55,300 nt of DNA from Octopus bimaculoides (GCF_001194135.2 NC_068981.1:94550756-94606055); one strand, 5' to 3'. Shown: positions 21,139-34,087, counted from the first letter of the stretch. Notes: generated by a model from the sequence alone, not told the origin. Translations and numbers: made by a program.

Positions 21139-23469
21139 CTCTCTCTCTCTCTATATATATATATGAGCAAACTTCTAGGCTGGGAAAACTCGGGATGTAC
21201 AACCGATATTGCTCTGCTATCACTATCCGTAACAGTTCCACTCAGGAAAAGCGTCAAAGAAGGAGATATCATTTCTACAAAGCTCTTCACTGCATGTCCT
21301 GAAATGACGACTATGTTCTAATTATTACATTTTCATTGTTTGCTTTTTCGTGCCCATATATCAAATCAATGTAGTTAGTTTGGAGCGATAAAGTTCTTAA
21401 CTCATTTCTATCTACGTTTCAGGTTATGTGACTTTCATCTTCAGGACCTCAAGTGGCGTCCTCTTCTGTACTACCCCAGTTTATAGAGGGCAGTTTTTTT
21501 TTATGCATACATCAAAACCAGTACTTATGTAGATTTTGAAGCTCTAATTTTATAGTTAGACTGTCAGTGATCCACGTCATTGGATTCATATTTTCCATCA
21601 TCATATTCCTATTTTGGCTATGAAAACATCATGTTTCCCAAAATACACGTTTTTGCCATTTCACGTCATCAGTGACGTAGTCATCCTATTTTTGATGCAT
21701 GTATGTTGCTTGCGAGTTATATGTAAATCTGGTTTTGCAATACGATATTTCCCATTATTATGTGCCTATCTCTGTTGGGAATTCTATAAAGTTTGGTTGT
21801 ATTATCTGTTTATATTATTTTTACAACGATCGGAGCAAAAAGTGCTCCTCACGAACGCACGTTCGTGAGATGGTTGTGATATATGAACAGCTTTGAATAA
21901 AAACCGGAAAGCGAAGTATGAACACGCTATACACATGTGCACACTGAATTCATAAAACGGAAGAGAAGAATAAAAACGCAATGCGCATGTCATATAGAAC
22001 GGAGGAAGAGAATAAAACAAGTTATATGATGGTCTGCATGCTACGACTGACACAAAAATCACGCAGCTTTGCTGCAAATTTCTGTTTTCATATAGCTTTG
22101 TTTTATAGTCTGTAGGATGTAGGTGATCATATGATACAGTGTACTTCTTTTAAAACTATATTTTACCAATTAGTTAAAGAACCGTTTTGGCCGGTGATGC
22201 GGATGATGTCAAACACAAAGACATACACGGTCAACGACATACGCACTCATAATAATTTTCCGTAACTCGTCGTGTTTGTGCGCGCGTGTGTACAATATCA
22301 CGCACACACACACAAATGTATGCATGTATGCATGCATGTATGTATGTACGTATGCATAATTGGTGGGGTTGTGAAACGTTCATTAAACAGCATTCACAAA
22401 GTATTAATCAAACCGAGTGTAGACAGAACTCCCTTGTCAAATGTACCGCTAAGTGGAAATTAAAGGATTCTGGAGTCACTTCGATGTAAAGTGAACTTGC
22501 TGTCACAAAACCACGAACGTACAACCCTTACAAATTGGTAAAAATTTTACTTGCATCTGGTGAGAATCTAATAGATCTGAAACGTTCGTACATTTATCAG
22601 GCTGTTTCTATAAAGAAAATATCCCAACCTATATATACACACATACTGCTTTCTTTCAGTTCCCATCTACCAAATCCACTCACCAGGCATGGGTCGGGGC
22701 TGTTTTAGAAGGCACTTGTTTAAAGTGCTACGCTGTATACACACACACACACACACACACACACATGCATGTACATACATATATACACACATACATACAT
22801 ACATGCATTCATACATACATACATACATACATACATACATACATACATACATACATACATACTCAAGCTTGTGTATTAATGTATTCGTGAGATTTTTGAT
22901 GGAGACTTTTGTTGTGGATGTTTTCTTAATTACTGTTCCATGCTTTGGAGAGTTTCAGTAACATATCAATTTTCCTACAAGATGAGCTTGTTCCAGTCCG
23001 AAGAAACGGGCGGAGGAAGTAGAAAATTTCGGGGTCAATAACATAAGTACCTGTTGAATCGACTTACCCCTCCCTCAAAATTTCCGACCTTGTGCCAAAA
23101 TCTGAAACGAATATTTCTTAGTCTGCTAATATATATATGCTATGAATGGAAATTTTCTTGAAGCTTCGCTAGAAATTTGGTACACAGAAATGAATGTGCA
23201 CAAGAAACGGACGATTCTGTCATATTCTGAATGTACCTACTTGACACAGAAATCTATACTGTTGCTCCAGTCTGACATTTAAAGGCACTCAATTATTTCT
23301 ACTGTTTTTTAAACAAACAAAATGAAACTTGGCGAAAATTTTATAACATTCAAAAATTCTAACAGTACTAAAGAATATATATATATATCCATATACATAC
23401 ATACATACATTCACACACAAATATCTATCTAGCTACATACGTATAGATGATATACGTACTTACATACAT

Positions 23470-23500
<31 letters not shown>

Positions 23501-23913
23501 TTGTTAAAGAAATTTCTATCTATATTCATAATTATGAATTATGCACAAATAATTGGAGATGGTTGGACTTACCAATATCAGGTAACAGGGTTTTAACGCA
23601 ATTAGAAATCTGTAAGCTTGTTCCGCCTTATTGCTTTAACAATTTCATTAATTTTAGCCGACTGACCGATATTTGACGAAAATTTCACTTTCCCATTTGG
23701 TTGTATATACGTTATCTCATATTACTAATAAATGATTTCGATAGACCTTACACGTTTAGTCTTTATTTTTGTTGTTGAAATATAGTCCAGAGTATATAGA
23801 TACCGCATATACATATGCACGCAGACATATACGTTTTTATCTATATCTCTCACCTTTTTTCTTTCTTTCTTTCTTTCTTTCTTTCTGTACTCACACATAC
23901 ACGCATATTGTGT

Positions 23914-23956
<43 letters not shown>

Positions 23957-24092
23957 TAAGGAACGAGAATGATACGTACATACATATACGCACACATATA
24001 ACTATGTAGATAAGCTTAAGAGTATACGTATGTTTATATTTTGCTACACAAGTAATGTGTGTACGTGTATGTGTATGCATATACACCTACAT

Positions 24093-24136
<44 letters not shown>

Positions 24137-24376
24137 GTTACATGTATGTATATATGTATATATATATACATGTACACACACACACACACACACATATATA
24201 TACATTCATAAACAGAGAAACGTTAGAAAATTCGAATTGGGAAAGAGAGATGAAAGAGGAGAACGTTTAGGCACCATGGCTGAGGCGAAAAGGCTTATTG
24301 CAGGAACAGTCTGTTCAGAAAGATCTGAATAACTTCAAACGTTCAGCCGCGAAATGAAGTCGACTACATTCTAGAT

Positions 24377-24638
24377 CAGGGGTTTTCAAACTTTTTGACT
24401 TGCGGACCCCTTTATATTTCAGGCTTTACCTTATAAACGCTTATGAAATTTATACATAAATATTTGCTTAAAATAACATATATTTTTACATTTATTTATT
24501 TAACAGTTTTAAACAAATAGCTTTGTTGTCAATTAAAAGATTTCGATTAAAAAACATATATAAAATCAAATTGCCCATTAAAAGTATTTGCTGTCCACGG
24601 ACCCCTGTGGTCCGCGGACCACAGTTTGAAAACCCCTG
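24377..24638 (-). mobile_element. hAT (Buster/Charlie-type) MITE, second copy of the 5696-5991 family
   Basis: CAGGGGTTTTCAAAC...GTTTGAAAACCCCTG; perfect 8-bp TSD TTCTAGAT (24369-24376 and 24639-24646). Confidence 0.95.
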
Positions 24639-24904
24639 TTCTAGATGACAAATGATGCATACTGCAGGCAGTCTTATTCATAACACCATTTAATACTAGC
24701 AGCGACGATCGCATAACATCATTTAATTCTGGCAGCGATGGTCGGTTGCTACTGGCGAAGATCATCATCAGTGTGATAATAGAGTAAAAATGCACTGCAC
24801 GTCTAGCTGAAAGACCGCTAAATAATCTACTGCGGGCTGCAGAAAAAGGATGCTGCGGGAAACGTTGGCATATAAATAGAAGAAAACGGTGCTTAAAACA
24901 TAGA

Positions 24905-25012
24905 TGTCTGTCTGTCTGCCTGTCTGCCTGTCTGCCTGCCTGCCTGTCTGTCTTTCTGTCTGTCTGCCTGACTGTCTGTTGGTCTGTCTGTTTGTCTACC
25001 TGTCTGTCTGCC

Positions 25013-25045
<33 letters not shown>

Positions 25046-25046
25046 G
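24905..25046. repeat. (TGTC)n/(TGCC)n microsatellite
   Basis: Direct reading. Confidence 0.9.
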
Positions 25047-25199
25047 CGCATACATGCACGTATATTTTTGGCGTCAAAAGTATTTTATAAACTTTCGAGA
25101 GAACATGGAATAATTTTTTTGGAGCGGGGCGCATTGGATGGACCTTGAAGGACATTACATAAGGTTATAAATAGCAGCATGTAAATGTTGGGCTAAAAA

Positions 25200-26236
25200 A
25201 CTGCCTATGTTGCATATTACACGCTTTTTTGTTTTTCTTTTCACGTCGGAGTAACCAGTAAACATCGAAGAATCAACACCAAGAAGGAAGAATTATTATT
25301 TACATATTTATTCGTTTGCCCGACATTGGTGTTTAAGCCGCAGGGCTGAATTTTTGGGGAAATTTTGGTTTTATCCACACATAAAGTGCACTGGTGTTTA
25401 AAAGACCTATTCAGCTACGGGTCCGCAGCTAGCTTTTTTGTTATTGACGTGTATGTAGTTTCAAAATGCCTAAATTTACAACTATGTGATGTACTGTTAT
25501 TGTTATGATTTTATCTTACTATAATAAACAACAAACACATTTCTTCCAAATAAAAGTCTTTGTTAGATGAAAATAACATTATCAAACATGAAGGTAAAAC
25601 AAAACAAATATGATTTTTTTTTTCCAGGCACTAATGTACTGGAGCCGTAGTCTTTCACGTTGTTCATCAACCGACCTTTTCTCTGAAAAAATCAGTGGAA
25701 TCAGTCGATCTCCATACACAAATTATTTTCCTCCTGAAACTTATAAAAAAAGCACACATATTAGGCGCCCCTTTCTATAAGCTACACACTAAATTTTCCA
25801 GGTAGACGTTTATACATCGGAAAATACGGTAATTGTAGTGGCAGTGACAAGTTCGCTCGCTGGTTAGTAGTTGATAGTGTAGAGGTGACTGTCTGCCAGT
25901 AGAGAAGGAAAGAGTAAGGAATGCACGGTGCTGACTAGAAAGGAAGAAATAATAATATGCGGATAGAATAGAGTGGTGACATTTAGCAGAAATGACCCGG
26001 AAGTTGTTCCTCTATCGCAAACAGCAGTAGATTTCTTCAACTGAATACACGTCGATGATTGGTTAAAATTACCCAAATACAAACTTAACATGAAATAACT
26101 TCTAAAGTACCAAATTTTATCAAAAATGTTCAAAGTAAAACGTGTTCTGCGTGAGATTTTACACCAGTATACGAAGTTTCAAACAGTTTAGTTAAAAATA
26201 ATTAATTAAAAAATCTGTGGGCCAAACTGAACAGAT
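25200..26236 (+). mobile_element. Truncated copy of the long-TIR (Merlin-like) element, interrupted by a Tc2/pogo-like fragment
   Basis: 25200-25610 and 25830-26236 are direct-repeat homologues of 27897-28270 and 28296-28721. Confidence 0.8.
25610..25829. mobile_element. Tc2/pogo-like DNA transposon end
   Basis: Ends ttatacatcggaaaatacgg|TA (reverse complement TA|CCGTATTTTCCG), the terminus typical of Tc2-group elements; inserted at a TA that is present once in the uninterrupted copy. Confidence 0.55.
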
Positions 26237-26466
26237 GTATGTGTGTGTGTGCGTGCGTGCGTGCATGTGTGTGCGTGCGTGCGTGCATGTGTGTGTGTGT
26301 ACCTATGTATGTATATATACAGAAAGAGAAGCGAGAGTGGGGTGGGGCAGGAGTAATAAAGTTGTTTTCGATTGTAAAGTTCAGTGTACAAAAGATAACA
26401 GTTAATACGCAATTTAAAAACCTACCTATTTATAGTTTAGAAATATTCATAGTTTGTGGCCCACGC

Positions 26467-26468
<2 letters not shown>

Positions 26469-26563
<95 letters not shown>
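26469..26563. repeat. (GT)n microsatellite, ~47 units
   Basis: Direct reading. Confidence 0.95.
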
Positions 26564-26564
<1 letters not shown>

Positions 26565-26693
26565 TCCAAAATTTCACTTTTATTACAATATTTTACAATA
26601 AATCAAGTTGTATGAGAAATATCTTAATACTAGTGTGTATAAATGGAGAAATTTAATTCTGGGTGTCTAAGAAATCGATAATATCATTCTTGT

Positions 26694-27017
26694 GAAGGCA
26701 CTTGGCTTAGTGGTTAGGGATATTTGGCTCACGATCGTAAGGCCGAGAGTTCAATTCCCGGCGGCGCGATGTGCCCTTGAGCAATATACTTTATTTCATG
26801 TTGTTCCAGTCCACTCAGCTGGCAACAATGAGTAGTACCTGTATTTCAAAGGGCCAACCATGTCCCCCCCCCCTCTGTCACGCTGAATCTCCCTGAGTAC
26901 TACGTTAAGGGTACGCATGTCTGTGTAGTACTCAGCCACTTTCACGTTAATTCCACGAGCAGGCTGTTCCGTTGATCGGATCAACTGGGACCCTCGTCGT
27001 CGTAACCGACGGAGTGC
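26694..27017 (+). mobile_element. Full-length tRNA-derived SINE (head A with CORE-like segment + shared tail)
   Basis: gaaggcacttggcttagtggttaggg (A box), gagttcaattccc (B box), gtgcccttgagcaatatact (CORE-like), tail ...gtcgtcgtaaccgacggagtgc. Confidence 0.9.
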
Positions 27018-27317
27018 TAATATTATTCTTGCATGACAGCAAATTATATATATGTATCATGAGAATATTTTTACATTGTGTAGCAATACAGGCATACATG
27101 ATGGTATCTTTTTTTTTATCTTTACACGTCTTAACAAGAAGGGTGGGGGAAAGGAAGTTTCCAAAGTCTTTGCAGGACCTCCAAAGCTAATGGGTGGAAG
27201 GAAGAAACACCTTTAAACGAAAAATTAGGTTTGAATGTTTTTAAGAGAGCAGACTGTACTAAAGATACCTATGGGCCAGGTGTACGTGATAAATGTACTA
27301 TCTTTATCTTTTACCTT

Positions 27318-28772
27318 TTATCTGTTTCAGTCATTAGACTGCAGCCATGCTGTAACACCGCCTCAAAGAACTTTTAGTCGAAGTCAAATGAATCGACCGT
27401 GGTACTCATTTCTGCCGAACCACTCAGTTACGGGTACGTAAACAAACCAATATCGGTTGTCAAGAGATAGTGGGAATACATACATAGAAAAAATACACAT
27501 ATACAAACTTACACACACGCGCGCATACAAACACACATACTACGGGCTTCTTTCAGTTTCCGCCTACCAAATTCACTCACAAGGTTTTGGTCGGTCCGAG
27601 GCTAGGATCTGTTCTGTTCGGTTCACAGATTTTTTAATTAATTTTTTTTTAACTAAACAGTTTGAAACTGGTGGAATGTCTCAGGCAGAATACGGTTTAC
27701 TTTGAACATTTTTGATAAAATTTGGTACTTTAGAAGTTACTTCATGTTAGAGTTGTCGTATTTGGGTAATTCCGACCAATCAACGACGTGTATTCGATTG
27801 AAGAAAGCTACTGCTCTTTATGATAATAATCGAAGAGGAACAACTTCCGGGTCATCTCTACTAAATGTCACCACTCTGTTCTATTTTATTTATTGTTTAC
27901 TGCCTTGGTTGCATATTACACGCTTTTTTTAGGGAGTGGGGGGTTCTCCCGTCGGAGAAACCAGTAAACATCGAAGAATCAACACCCAGGAAGAAGAAAT
28001 ATTATTTACATATATTTATTCGTTTGCCCGACATCGGTGTTTTATCCACACATAAAGCGCACTGGTGTTTAAAAGACCCATAGAGCAACGAGTCCGCAGC
28101 TAGCTTTTTTGTTATTGACGTATATGTAGTTTCAAAATGCCTTACTTTACAACTATGAGATGTATTTTTATTGCCATGATTTTATCAGCAGCAAACACAT
28201 TTCGTCAATATAAAAGTCTTTATTAGATGAGAAATAACATTATCAAAACATGAAGGTAAAACAAAACAAATAGCGGCTTAGACACCAGCAAATGCAGTAA
28301 TTGTAGTGGAAGTGACAAGTCTCTTGCTGGTTGCTAGCTGATAGTGTAGAAGGGATGGAAAGAGTAAGGAATGCACGGTGCTGATTTGAAAGGAAGAAAG
28401 GATAAAGGTAACATCATCATCGACCGACTTACAAATAGAACAGAATGAAGACATTTAGTAGAGATGACCTGGAAATTTCTCCTCTTCGATTACTATCGCA
28501 AACAGCAGTAGCTATCTTCAACCGAATACACGTCGTTGATTAGTTGAAATTACCAAAATACGACAACTTTAACACGAAATAAGTTCTAAAATACCAAATT
28601 TTGTCAAATATGTTCAAAGTAAAGCTTGTTTTGCCTGAGACATTCCATCAGTATACGAAGTTTCAAACTGTTTAGTTTAAAAAAAAATAATTAAAAAATC
28701 TGTGAGCCAAACTGAACAGATCCCAAGGCTGTAATAGTAGACACTTGTCTAAGGTGCTACGCAGAGGGATTA
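27318..28772 (-). mobile_element. CORE-type SINE split in two (27318-27604 and 28724-28772) by a DNA transposon insertion
   Basis: The SINE sequence ...ggtcggcccgaggcta|tagtagaagacacttg resumes after the insert. Confidence 0.8.
27605..28723. mobile_element. Non-autonomous DNA transposon with ~285-bp TIRs and 8-bp TSD (Merlin-like)
   Basis: 27605-27886 is the inverted repeat of 28433-28723; termini GGATCTGTTC...GAACAGATCC; TSD cgaggcta/caaggctg (6/8). Confidence 0.8.
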
Positions 28773-29400
28773 ACATTTCGCTCTTGACATTTTGCTCTCC
28801 AAGAGACCAAAGACACAATCACTACGCATATCTAGGGAACACTGTTGTATCTCACCATAAATAAGGATCTTTCCTGGTGAAGGTACATCCTCAGCATAAC
28901 AAAAACTGACCTTCCTATTCAGTGCTAGAAAGCAATTCATCCCCCAAAACCAGCAACTCTCATCAAAGCTCAGACGAGTCACTCAATAGCCTATTGCTAC
29001 AGTTTAACGTGCTACTGACATACATACATACATACATACATACATACATGCACGCACGCATATACATACATACATACATACATACGTACATACATACACA
29101 CACCTCGTATTGTATTTCTCAAAAGGACTCTCGATTGACTGGACAACAAGTCCTTCGCCAACACACTTCAACATTGGATTAATAGATGTGCTAGTTCCTT
29201 CTATGTCTTTTCGATTACTACCACAGTCGTTTCTACTTCACGGAGATAACTAGTATTAGAAGCCATGCCACTTCCACTTCGGCACTCTAAACTCACTCGT
29301 CTCTTCTCCCATCACGCATACTGTGTTGACTCTGTGAAGTGACATTGACCATCATATCCAGTTCTTTCTCACCAGGACGATGTCTGTGGAATTTTCCTTT
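28772..29400 (+). mobile_element. CR1/L2-group LINE 3' fragment split by a (TACA)n tract
   Basis: Decayed translation QKLTFLFSARK.F.P... then RLIG.Q... and TRLFSHHAYCVD, resembling post-RT C-terminal motifs. Confidence 0.55.
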
Positions 29401-30535
29401 TTTTTTAATTATTTTCCTGTACGTATCGCAGATCAAGATGGGAAGGATAACTTCCCTTGGCAAAAATAGACAGGACACAGATATGTGTCGATAAGCCAGC
29501 TGGAGGAGATGTTCTCCTGGGGCTAAAAGCAACAGTAACATCCACCCTTAGGGGTCAGCCACATTTAAATGGCAAATATACTTCACTTTATCTAAGAGTA
29601 TGTTTGATACTAAATTAGCTTTACTAAATTAGAACGAAATGCTTTGAAGAGCATTCTGATTAAACATCACTTTTTGTATGTTGATTTTGACGTTTTCACA
29701 ATCCATGACGTATGATGACTCATTTTCAGTTGTTAGTTGCTAAATAATATCCACAAGTATAAGCTAGCATTCAATTCAAAACTCATGATTTCATGGTTGA
29801 ACGGGTTTTGGGGTTAGGTGTGATCTCAATACTGTATAGCAGCTTTCACTGGATAGGTTTGAAGCAAAATATTTTAAACACCCAAATTGTAGTGATATGC
29901 ATTGTTTGAAGACGTTCATCTGCTTGAACTGCCTCAAGGGAAAATCTCCCTGATACAAACCATCTTCCTCTAAGTTGTTATTACAATTGAATTCTCGCGT
30001 GTTACTGGGTTTCTCACGAGCAGGAGACAAGTACGTTGAATAAATAATTTCAAATTCGAAACAAAAATCGAATCGTATGCTCGATACTATAGGAATTTTA
30101 TGGACGATTTTATTAGCTATAACTTCAGATAAAAAAAACTGTTGAAAACAGTGAAAGTTGATTTTGAAATGAATCTTATGACTTTTGTGGGAATTATTAA
30201 TTTTCAAATTCGTTCAAAGCTGGATTTGGATCCAAAGCCGATGGAGGAAATAGGATTTATGTTTTAACTAAAAATTCTGCTTTATTCTTTTTCTTTATTT
30301 TACTCTTTTACTGATTTCAGTCATCCAGTTGCAGTCATCATGAAGTATTAATTTGAAGGGTTTAGTCACTTATATCGACCACATTTTCTTTAAGTCTGAC
30401 ACTTGTACTATCGATCTTTTTATGGTGATCCACTAAGTTAAGAAGGATGTAAAACGAGCACTCGTTGTCAAGTAAATGAGAGTCATACGCAAAAACAGAT
30501 ACGCATTCACATACACACACAAACANNNNNNNNNN

Positions 30536-30574
<39 letters not shown>

Positions 30575-30576
<2 letters not shown>

Positions 30577-30728
30577 GAGGGACTTCTGCATAGTTTCAGT
30601 CAACCAAATTCAGTGATAAAGTATTGGTCGGCTCGTGGTCATAGCAAAAGACACTTGCCACGAAACAGGACTGAACCTAAAATGAAGTGGTTGCAAAGTG
30701 AACTTCTTAACCACACAGCTATGCTGCA
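30575..30728 (-). mobile_element. CORE-type SINE 5' half, degenerate
   Basis: cttcttaaccacacagct; aaagacacttgcc; gtattggtcggc. Confidence 0.7.
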
Positions 30729-31209
30729 TAGATTATACGAAAAGTTTTCCTGCATTTTCATATAAGCGATTCAGGATCAAGAATTACGGTCATGTAAACG
30801 GATACACTGGTGCGAATTGTGGGAGCCAAAACTACGTGGCAAAACTCCAACAGGAGATATTGAACTCAACATTGCAATCTCACAAGGCGCATGTAAATTT
30901 CATAAAATCAACATGGCTATTATAACGTCCTAAGTTACTTAATGACAGATAAGTGGTTTGTACCATTGCGTACACTACTGAAAGAAATATATATGAAAGA
31001 ACAGAATATCCGCCAAAGACAATCTTGGTTTCTTTTTTGATATCTGTGGAAAATAAATTTATAAATCTTTTACTGTACTCCAACTTTTGCATGAAGCAAT
31101 TAAGCCACCAAATGGAACAAAAGAGTTCAGGCATCCTCTAACGGACATCAATGAGCAAAACATTGTGATGTAGATATGCTAGCGTTTAATGTATACCAAG
31201 ATGTTTGTA

Positions 31210-31532
31210 GGAGCACTCCGTCGGTTACGACGACGAGGGTCCCAGCTGATACGATCAACGGAACAGCCTGCTCGTGGAATTAACGTGCAAGTGGCTGAGC
31301 AATCCACAGACACGTGTACCCTTAACGTAGTTCTCAGGGAGATTCAGCGTGACACAGAGTGTGACAAGGCCGGCCCTTTGAAATACAGGTACTACTCATT
31401 TTTGCCAGCTGAGTGGACTGGAGCAACATGAAATAAAGTGTCTTGCCCAAGGACACAACGCGTCGCCGGGAATCGAACTCACGACCTTAGAATCGCGAGC
31501 CGAATGCCCTAACCACTAAGCCACGCGCCTTC
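31210..31532 (-). mobile_element. Full-length tRNA-derived SINE (head A + shared tail)
   Basis: Reverse-complement homologue of 26694-27017; intact-looking A box tggcttagtgg and B box gagttcgattcc. Confidence 0.92.
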
Positions 31533-32241
31533 ACTGTATTCCAAGATAAATTTGAGTAATTCTGCCCGGAACTTCATGTAATTAAAAATCCTCAAGCTTA
31601 TTTTTATTTTGAACAACTGACAGCACAGTCCAATAACTGAAACAAATAAAACAGGTTACAAAAGATGAAAAAAAAAATCTTCGAGCGAATGATCGACAAA
31701 ATCGGAAGAACAATGGAGAAAATGGCATATTATATGACAACGTAGTCTAAGATTCAAAGAACCAACGGAGATATTAAACGTTATAAAACTATTTAAAATA
31801 TTACTGTTTATAATACACGAAACATTTTGTTGGATCTCAGTAAAAATATATAAAGACTAAACGGCATAAAAAAGGTGTGGGTTCGTATAAACTCGGTGAC
31901 TTCAGCACAAGTAAATGACTTCAATTCATTGGTAACATCGTTATTCTGCTAACACATACGTTCACTCATTCTCTCTGACCCTCCAACTCTCTCACATATA
32001 CATGCACACGCACGCACGCTCGCACACGCACACGTACACACACACAAACACACATACACACACACACACACAGACGCACTTACGTGCGCACATACAAACC
32101 CACACAAACACAGCCATACACCAATGACTGACCAGTGTTGGATAGGAGACTTCCGGTTTAAAAAATAACCCATCCTAATGTACACACAGTCAAATGAAAT
32201 AATATGCGTGTGGATATGTGTGCGTTTGTATGTATGGTTAT

Positions 32242-32313
<72 letters not shown>

Positions 32314-32329
32314 GCACACATATAAGAAA

Positions 32330-33010
32330 AAGGAGGGGAGAATTTCGATTATCCTCACGTGGTGAGTTGCAATGCAAAATATATATATTAACACCAACTT
32401 CACTTGTGCTACTGAGAATCTAATTTATGCTATAACTTGTTCAGTATGGCACTTAGACGGAGAACCACACTACATAAGGAACAGATCCATTTCCCTCAGT
32501 ACAAACAAATTCCATTTCCCTCAGTTCAAACAGATTTCCCTCAGTACAAACAGAGTGAATACACAAAGAGATGTACAGATAATATCCAACCAAGCTTCCC
32601 AGTTTTTCCCCATCTACCAGGGCAAAGAAACAATTTCTGTACAAGAATGTTTAAATAAAGAAAATGTATTTATCGAAAAATACGGAGCGCGCCTAAATAT
32701 GAACGCATAACCAACTTTAGTCTCAGCATATATTTCAGTTCATGTTCACCCATCACTGTAAACATTTTATCTCACTACTTTAGCTTTTGAATTTTGATAT
32801 ATTTATTTATCCTCCCCTCAAAGATGACCAATTTTCTCTTCTGTCCCGAATAATAACGATCACCAATTACCTTCCCCGAGATTTTTCTACCTGTTGACTC
32901 ATTTCATTCACAAACCTCCATACACAACATGGACTAAAATCTTCTTGAGAAAATACGAAATTACAATAATTTCAATGTCATGATTAGCGAAAGCGAAACC
33001 GGTCGACAAA
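32330..33010 (+). mobile_element. Penelope-like element 3' end (GIY-YIG endonuclease remnant + 3' terminal region)
   Basis: Translation YINTNFTCATENLIYAITCS, LRRRTTLHKEQI and KENVFIEKYGARLN* matches the layout of PLE GIY-YIG domains (YIG segment deleted); ends in a hammerhead motif. Confidence 0.75.
32976..33008 (+). ncRNA. Minimal hammerhead ribozyme motif with A3-U8 core variant
   Basis: tgtc-ATGATTA-gc(gaaa)gc-GAAA-ccgg-TC-gaca: stems I and II and a palindromic stem III are all present. Confidence 0.6.
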
Positions 33011-33176
33011 CAATACTCTTTCACTTATAAAATATATTACAGAAAATTAAAACTATGTAAACTGTGTGCATTTTCCTTCCTTTATTATATATATATATAT
33101 ATATATATATTGCTTTATATATAAATATATATATACACACATACATACATACATAAACACACACACACACACACAT

Positions 33177-33209
<33 letters not shown>

Positions 33210-33242
33210 CACATATATATAATACATACATTTATATATGTT

Positions 33243-33279
<37 letters not shown>

Positions 33280-34087
33280 AATGTAAAATGCATTGTAAAT
33301 GCATATATATATATGAGAAATGTAAAATGCATTTCGCCCGGCGTGCTAACCAATCTGCCATGTATTTATGTATATGAATATGTATATGCATGTACACTTA
33401 TGTGTCCGTGTTCTCAATAAAGGCATTCATACATACAGATGCATAAATACTCATAATTGCGTGTGTTTCTATGTGTACGCGCGTGTTGCATCTGTGCATA
33501 TATTGTGGTGTCTGTGTGCGTGTCCGCGCGCGTGTATGCTTGTGTATATGTGACGTAAAAATCTATGCACACACACACAAACACACACACACCAACAATA
33601 TCATGCATTCCCACTTCTGTTAAGATCAGCAACTAAATTACTCGTTTCTTTTCTTTGTGCTCCTAACCTCAGCATGTTCTGTGTAATAGCTTGATGGGTC
33701 TTGTTATTTTTGCACTAGTCTACGCCTCCATGTGGATAGTTAGACAGTTTCATATGTCTTTCTGTCACAACTTTGGCCTATCTGTTGCCCTAACTCCACA
33801 CACAACATATTCGTTTTTCGACTTGATGTTGTCCTTTTTTCAATTATATTTAATTTCTTTCCTTCTCTTTTCTTTTCTCGCTTTATAATTTCTCTTCCCC
33901 TCTTGTATTATGGTGTTATTAATGTTGTCAGTGTAGCTATAGCACGATACAAGAAGAAATAGGACGGTAAAACATTGTTATATCTGTTATATTCGTCTAC
34001 CACTAACCTAAGCTGGAACAGAAAATTCTTGGACAGTGGACTTTATTTTACGTTCCTCTGATATGAAATACATCGAGTATCAGTAAT

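Noticed and set aside
21409-21448. ctgaagatg...gaaacgta hammerhead-like motif on the minus strand
   Set aside because: The core letters are present, but stem II does not pair.
26694-26770. tRNA genes at SINE heads (also 10150-10228, 31455-31532, 35241-35315)
   Set aside because: A and B boxes are present, but each head is fused to a repeated SINE body and I could not build a full cloverleaf with an acceptor stem.
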